From assembly GCA_963716175.1 (NCBI GenBank), contig OY970296.1, forward strand, positions 4,128,001-4,192,000: a stretch of 64,000 nt of DNA. The letters run 5' to 3'. The position numbers and the translations under genes are program-made. This DNA is from an uncultured Armatimonadetes bacterium (GTDB taxonomy: Bacteria > Armatimonadota > Hebobacteria > Hebobacterales > Hebobacteraceae). Of this stretch, positions 58,770-64,000 are shown piece after piece (positions within the stretch are counted from its first letter, which is position 1; the number at the start of each line of letters is the position of its first letter). The notes under the pieces are model-generated. The model did not search any database. It was not told the origin of the DNA and saw only the letters and a list, made by a program, of their open reading frames with translations.

Positions 58770-60075
58770 CTACGCGATAGAGCGCCAAGCGCCGTAGAAG
58801 TCCAGCGCCATCCGCCAGGGCATGCGGCGGCGCAGGGCCTCCCAGAATATCTTGCGCTGTTTGCTGCGCTTCGAAACCCCGTCCACGGTGAGCATCTGGC
58901 GGGCGGCCTCGTTCAGCAGGTCGGGGTAGAGGGTGAAGAACTCGGGATGCCGCTCGAAGAAGCGGGACATATTGCGGTACTTGTAGAGGTCCTTGTAGAT
59001 CCAGCTATCGCGGATGAGCTGGTTGTAGTAGCTCAGGCTCTCGGCGGAATAGTCTTTCCATTCCCTGGCCCGGAGCACGGCCTCGGCGGCCAGCTTGCCC
59101 GAGAGCATGGCCAGGTCTGACCCCTCGCGGTGCATGCTGTTCACCATCATGGCGGCATCGCCCACCACCAGCAGGCCGCCGGTGGAAAGCTTGGGCATGC
59201 CGTGGAGGCCGCCCTCGGGGATGAGGTGAGCGAGGTACTCTCTGGCCTCTCCGCCCTCCAGCAGGGGGGCGACGGAGGGATGGGCCTTCATATGCTCCAG
59301 CAAATCGTTGGGGGAGACGCCGCGGGCGATGAGCTGCGAAAGCAGCGCCCCGCAGCCGACGGAGAGCGATTCCTTATTGGTGTAGATGAAGCCGGTGCCC
59401 ACCATGCCCCAACTGGCGTCGGCGTAGAGCTCGATGGCGGCGCCCTCATCGCCGACCAGGTTGAACCGGTCCTGGATCACCTCTCGCGGGAGGGCGATCA
59501 CCTCCTTCACCGCGATCGCGACTTGATCCGGGTCCAGCTCCGGACGCAGCCCCACACTCTGTGCCAGCAGGGAGTTGACGCCATCGGCAGCGATCACGAC
59601 ATCGGCGTAGAGGTCGCCATCAGGGCGGCCAGTGTGCACGCCGACCACGCGCTCGCCCTCGATGATGGGGGCCTCGACAACGGTCTCGGGGATGACGCAG
59701 CGCGCCCGCGGCCCTGACCTGCTGGCCCATCCACTTGTCGAAGCGCGCGCGCATCACGGTGAAAGCATTGTGGGGCGCCTCCGCGAAGGCCTGGTGGCGG
59801 TGGCCGAACTTGAAGGCGGCCCTGTCAGTCAGCACCCAGGCGCGCTGCTCGACGAGGAAGCGCTCCAGCGGGGCCTCGCGCCAGAAGTCGGGGAAGATCT
59901 CCTCCGTGGGCTGACGATAGAGCACGCCGCCCATTACGTTCTTGGAGCCGGGGAAGTCGCCCCGCTCGATCACCGCGACATTCAGGCCGGCCTTGGCGAG
60001 CAGATAGGCGGCCGAGAGCCCGGCGGGCCCGGCGCCGACCACGATGACATCGAACTTCTCTCCCCGATCGCTCAT
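58770..60075 (-). CDS. fixC: ETF:quinone oxidoreductase FixC (frameshift near 59700)
   Basis: VGAGPAG, GSKNVMGG, ADGVNS, AHLIPEGG, VGDAA. Confidence 0.88.
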
Positions 60076-61403
60076 GACTGCTGCCCCTCCGCGGCGGGCG
60101 CGCCCGGTGCGGTCTGCTGCCGGAGCGCGCAAGGCAGCCGCGCCAGGCAAGCGCGGGTGAGCGCGGGCACGATCTCATTGACATCCCCCACGATCCCGAA
60201 CGTGGCCACCCCGAAGATGGAGGCATTGGGGTCGCGGTTGATGGCCACGATCACATCAGAGGTCTGCATGCCCACCAGGTGCTGGATGGCGCCGCTGATG
60301 CCGCAGGCGATGTAGAGCCGCGGGCGAACCGTTTTGCCGGTCTGGCCCACCTGGCGCTCGTGCGCGATCCAGCCCTGGTCCACCGCCGCCCGGGAGCCGG
60401 AGACGCAGCCGCCGATGGCGTCGGCCAGCCCCTGGAGCATCTGGAATCCCTCCGGCCCACCGAGGCCGCGGCCGCCGGAGATCAGAGTGCTGGCGTCCTC
60501 GATGCGGGTGACCTCGGTCGCCTCTTCTCTGACGTATTCCAGGATGCGCACCAGCACTTCGCTCTCGGCCAGGCCCAGCTGGTCTCGCACCACCTCGCCG
60601 GTATGGGCCTCATTGCGCGGCGGCAGGGCCATCACGCGAGGCCGGACGCTTGCCATCTGGGGCCGGCGCTGCTCGCAGAGGATGGTGGCCATGATGTTGC
60701 CGCCGTAGGCGGGGCGGGTCTGCTCCAGGAGCTTGCTCTGCGGATCTATGCTGAGGCCGGTGCAGTCCGCGGTGAGGCCGGTCTGGAGGCTGGTGGCGAC
60801 GGCGCCAGCGAGATCGCGGCCCATGGTGGTGGCGCCGAGCAGCATCACCTCGGGGCGGTACTTCCGGGTGAGGCGGATCATGCCGTGCAGGTAGGCCTGG
60901 GTGCGGTAGTGGGACAGGACTGGATCGTCAACCAGGTAGACCTTATCTGCACCATAGGCGAAGGCTTCCTTGGCGAGGGCGTCAACCTGATGGCCCAGCA
61001 GCACCGAGCACACTCGCCCGCCAAGCGCATCGGCCAGCTCACGGCCCTTGCCCAGCAGCTCCCACGAGACCAGAGCGGGGCGGCCGTCGCTGTGCTCCAC
61101 AAAAACCCAGACCTCGGGGGCCGGCCCTTTGCCGACGACGGCGGCCGCCGCGGCTTTCACCGCCTCCGGGGCCGGCACTCCGACGGTCGGAGCCTCCGCT
61201 GCCTTCGGGGCCTCGCCGCTCATGGCGACCGCGGAGGCGGGACAGATGGGGACGCACTTCTCGCAGCCGATGCAGAGGGTGGGGTCCACTACCGCGATGC
61301 CATTCTCCATGCGGATGGCATCAACCGGGCAGACCGCCAGGCACTGCTCGCAGCCGATGCAGCCTTCGCGGGTGATGATGGCGATGCGGGGTTGCTCAGA
61401 CAT
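60072..61403 (-). CDS. fixB: Electron transfer flavoprotein alpha with N-terminal 2x[4Fe-4S] domain
   Basis: Two CxxCxxCxxxCP, GLTADCT, QVGQTGK, GISGAIQH. Confidence 0.93.
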   Translation of the reverse strand: MSEQPRIAIITREGCIGCEQCLAVCPVDAIRMENGIAVVDPTLCIGCEKCVPICPASAVAMSGEAPKAAEAPTVGVPAPEAVKAAAAAVVGKGPAPEVWVFVEHSDGRPALVSWELLGKGRELADALGGRVCSVLLGHQVDALAKEAFAYGADKVYLVDDPVLSHYRTQAYLHGMIRLTRKYRPEVMLLGATTMGRDLAGAVATSLQTGLTADCTGLSIDPQSKLLEQTRPAYGGNIMATILCEQRRPQMASVRPRVMALPPRNEAHTGEVVRDQLGLAESEVLVRILEYVREEATEVTRIEDASTLISGGRGLGGPEGFQMLQGLADAIGGCVSGSRAAVDQGWIAHERQVGQTGKTVRPRLYIACGISGAIQHLVGMQTSDVIVAINRDPNASIFGVATFGIVGDVNEIVPALTRACLARLPCALRQQTAPGAPAAEGQQS

Positions 61404-61490
61404 GATCTTTCATCCCTGATTGGGGATTTGAGATCCGAGATCTCAGAGGGATTGCGGTGCAGGGCTGCTCAGACATGATCTCTCATCCCT
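61389..61490. repeat. 29-bp direct repeat enclosing a heptamer patch
   Basis: 61389-61417 vs 61462-61490 (2 mismatches); gatttga gatccga gatctca between them. Confidence 0.85.
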
Positions 61491-62298
61491 CGACCACGCC
61501 TCCGGCAATGAGGCGATCCAGCAGCTCATTGGCCACCCGGTCGGCATCCCCGTCCACGGAGATGATATCGCCGCCGGTCCGCTGAGGCGGGGCGAAGATA
61601 CGGCGGACCTGCGTAGGCGAGCCGGCCAGGCCCACCTCATCCGGGCTGGTATCAACCTGCTTGATGCCCCAGACCGGCACCGGGGTGCGCAATCCTCGGA
61701 TGAGGGCTGGCAGCGACGCATAGCGCGGCTCGCCGATCTCCTTGAGCACGGTGAGGACCACAGGGAGGGGCGCCTCCAGCACCTCCTCGGCGCCCTCCAG
61801 AATCCGCCGTACCCGAATGCGGCGCTGCTCCAGGTCCACCGACTCAACCTTGCCGACATAGGTGAGCTGGGAGAAGCCCAGCCGGGTGGCGATGCCGGGG
61901 CCGACCTGGGCGGTGTCGCCGTCAATGGTCTGCTTGCCGCAGATAACGATATCAACGGGCTGCTCCTTCGTGAGGGCGCGGATGCCGGCGGTGAGGGCAG
62001 CGGAGGTGGCGAGAGTGTCGCTGCCGCGGAAGGCGCCGTCGGTGAGCAGTATGGCGCGGTCCGCGCCATAGGAGAGGCCTTTCTGAAGGGCTTCGACGGC
62101 CTGCGGCGGGCCCATGGAGAGCAGGCTGACGACGCCGCCATAGGTCTCCTTGATCTGCATGGCGGCCTCGATGGCGTGGAGGTCGAAGGGGTTGATGATG
62201 GCCGGGATCCCCTCCCGCACCAGGGTGTTGGTCTCCGGGTCAATGCGGACCTGAGTGGTATCGGGCACTTGCTTGATGCAGACGACAGTATGAAGCAT
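61483..62298 (-). CDS. fixA: Electron transfer flavoprotein beta
   Basis: VCIKQVPD, NPFD, SMGP, GKQTIDGDTAQVGP, GSPT. Confidence 0.95.
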   Translation of the reverse strand: MLHTVVCIKQVPDTTQVRIDPETNTLVREGIPAIINPFDLHAIEAAMQIKETYGGVVSLLSMGPPQAVEALQKGLSYGADRAILLTDGAFRGSDTLATSAALTAGIRALTKEQPVDIVICGKQTIDGDTAQVGPGIATRLGFSQLTYVGKVESVDLEQRRIRVRRILEGAEEVLEAPLPVVLTVLKEIGEPRYASLPALIRGLRTPVPVWGIKQVDTSPDEVGLAGSPTQVRRIFAPPQRTGGDIISVDGDADRVANELLDRLIAGGVVEG

Positions 62299-62551
62299 CA
62301 CGAGATTCCATTCAGCCGCGGGTAAGAGCCGCAACACCCCTGCGGCTCTGGCGCCATGCTTCTGCGGGGGGTCGGGAAGACCTTCTCGGATCCGGCGGAG
62401 TCCTCCGATATTCTACCCGGCGGGAGCCCGACGAGAAACAGCACTGCCGGCGGCGATGCGCCCTGCTCCGCTCCGCTGTGCAGGACGCATGGCCGCCCTA
62501 CAACGGCCGGGCGCGGGGAGGGCGGAAGGCTCAGGGGGCGAAAGACGCGCC

Positions 62552-63142
62552 GTGCTGATTCCCAAGACCAGGGGCGAGATCTGGTTGAACCGGGTGCGGA
62601 TCTGGCTGCCCCCGGTCTTCGTGCTGGCGGCGGTGGCGCTGCGGCGGCCGGCATGGCATCTCTGGGGCATTCCACTGGTGATAGCAGGAGAGGCGCTGCG
62701 CACGTGGGCGGCCGGGCACCTGCTGAAAGACGAACAGCTCACAGTGGGGGGACCGTACGCGCACGTCCGCAATCCGCTCTATCTGGGGAGCCTGCTGTCC
62801 GCGGCTGGCTTTCTGGTGATCATAGGGGACTGGTGGTTGGCGGCGGCGTTCGCGGCGATCGCGCTGGCGGTCTACCTTCCCACGGTGAGGCAGGAGGAAG
62901 GCTATCTGCGGCGGATGCACGGGGAGGCGTTCGATCAGTACCGCAGGGCGGTGCCGGCGATCATCCCACGGTTGCGAGCGGCGAGGGTCACGGAGCTAGA
63001 GGGCAGGAGGCAAGCCCCTGCCCAACGGCATCTTCGCAGCGGCCGGTTCGAGTGGCAGTGGGTATGGTTGAACAAAGAGCACCGGACCTGGGTGGCGCTG
63101 GTGCTGGTGTTCGCGTTGCTGGCCGCGCGGGCGCAGTGGTAG
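62552..63142 (+). CDS. Isoprenylcysteine / phospholipid methyltransferase family membrane protein
   Basis: GPYAHVRNPLYLG, EE..L...G..Y...VP. Confidence 0.85.
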   Translation: MLIPKTRGEIWLNRVRIWLPPVFVLAAVALRRPAWHLWGIPLVIAGEALRTWAAGHLLKDEQLTVGGPYAHVRNPLYLGSLLSAAGFLVIIGDWWLAAAFAAIALAVYLPTVRQEEGYLRRMHGEAFDQYRRAVPAIIPRLRAARVTELEGRRQAPAQRHLRSGRFEWQWVWLNKEHRTWVALVLVFALLAARAQW

Positions 63143-63228
63143 GGGCGCAATTCATTGCGCCCGCAGGGGCGTGATGAATCACGCCCCTACAGCTGATGCA
63201 GATTGGCAGGGGCAAGCCCCTGCCCAAC
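63139..63228. repeat. REP cluster between convergent genes
   Basis: GTAGGGGCGCAATTCATTGCGCCC, GGGCGTGATGAATCACGCCCCTAC, GGCAGGGGCAAGCCCCTGCCCAAC. Confidence 0.85.
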
Positions 63229-63255
63229 GGGGCATATGCACTCAACTGCTCTGCC

Positions 63256-64000
63256 TCAGGCGCGGCGGCGGCCGATGGCGGTGAAGATAGCGGACTTGGT
63301 CTGGGCCTTGATGGGGATGGCGAAGCCGATACCGATGTTGCCCACGCCGCTGGGGGAGAAGATGGCCTGGTTGATTCCCACCACCTCGCCGTCGGCGTTG
63401 ACCAGCGGGCCGCCCGAGTTGCCGAAGTTGATGGCGGCATCGGTCTGGAGCAGATCGCGGTAGGCCTGCTGGCCCTCCTCCTGCCTCACCACCCGGCCCT
63501 TGGCGCTGATCACGCCCACAGTGACGGTCTGGCTGAAGCCGAAGGGGCTGCCGATGGCGATGGCCCAGGCGCCCACTTTCACCTTGTCCGAGTCGCCGAG
63601 CTGAGCGGCAGGAAGCTGCCGGCCCGAGTTGATCTTGACGATGGCCAGGTCCTCGCCCACGCTGTCGCTGATAAGGGTGGCGGGGTAGCTGGTGTTGTCC
63701 GGAAGGGTGACGCTGATAGTTGGCTGGCTGCCCGCCTGCTGGACCCCGGCGATGACGTGGGCATTGGTGAGAATGTAGCCGTCCGGGCTGACGATCACAC
63801 CCGAGCCCAAGCTGGAGACCTTCTGCACCTGGGTGTAGGGTCGGAAGGGCCATTCATCACTGAAGGGATCGAAGTTGAAGAGATCGAGGCCCCACGCCCG
63901 TCGCCTGATCTTCTGCTCGGTGTTGATGTTCACCACCACCGGGCGGACCTGGGCCGCGACCTCCGAGAAATCGAAAGGGATGGCCGCGAGGCGGGAAACG
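63256..64000 (-). CDS. HtrA/trypsin-like serine protease, 3' part
   Basis: GSGVI, TNAHV, DLAIVK, QTDAAINFGNSGGPL. Confidence 0.92.
   Translation of the reverse strand, partial: VSRLAAIPFDFSEVAAQVRPVVVNINTEQKIRRRAWGLDLFNFDPFSDEWPFRPYTQVQKVSSLGSGVIVSPDGYILTNAHVIAGVQQAGSQPTISVTLPDNTSYPATLISDSVGEDLAIVKINSGRQLPAAQLGDSDKVKVGAWAIAIGSPFGFSQTVTVGVISAKGRVVRQEEGQQAYRDLLQTDAAINFGNSGGPLVNADGEVVGINQAIFSPSGVGNIGIGFAIPIKAQTKSAIFTAIGRRRA

Noticed and set aside
1763-59720. Frameshifts in pilO, pilT, the TPR gene, ubiE, glcE, the SLH gene and fixC as pseudogenes or programmed frameshifts
   Set aside because: They are scattered single indels, mostly in short C/G runs of otherwise intact genes, with no shared slippery motif. 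Long-read assembly error is the simplest explanation; reads would be needed to confirm.

Overview
High-GC bacterial chromosomal window. SLH-domain proteins together with a secretin-type pilus, and A|FTL prepilins, suggest an Armatimonadota-like anaerobe (inference). The first ~20 kb is a minus-strand type IV pilus locus: pilB, pilT, pilC, pilD, four large prepilin-like genes, a PilX-like gene, pilMNO(P) and the start of an STN/secretin-like gene. The rest is mostly housekeeping and metabolic: yqeG, glycerate kinase, queH, hisG, smc, dppA-like, rex, ubiE-like, MFS, glcDE, a methanogen-type homocysteine operon, hicBA, uppP, SLH hydrolases, fixABCX and an htrA-like gene. About seven genes carry apparent single-base frameshifts, probably assembly errors. 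The unusual content lies in the repeats. (1) A four-helix-bundle (Avd/IVP-like) gene is flanked on both sides by GATTTGA heptamer arrays and carries an inverted copy of the heptamer in its own coding sequence; orphan heptamer patches occur elsewhere, one between duplicated start regions of etfA. (2) GTAG-headed REP palindromes sit in frame inside the cleavable leader peptides of prepilins. (3) There are two MITE-like families. (4) There is a promoter- and terminator-bounded sRNA candidate with a C-rich loop. No rRNA, tRNA, CRISPR array or transposase was found.
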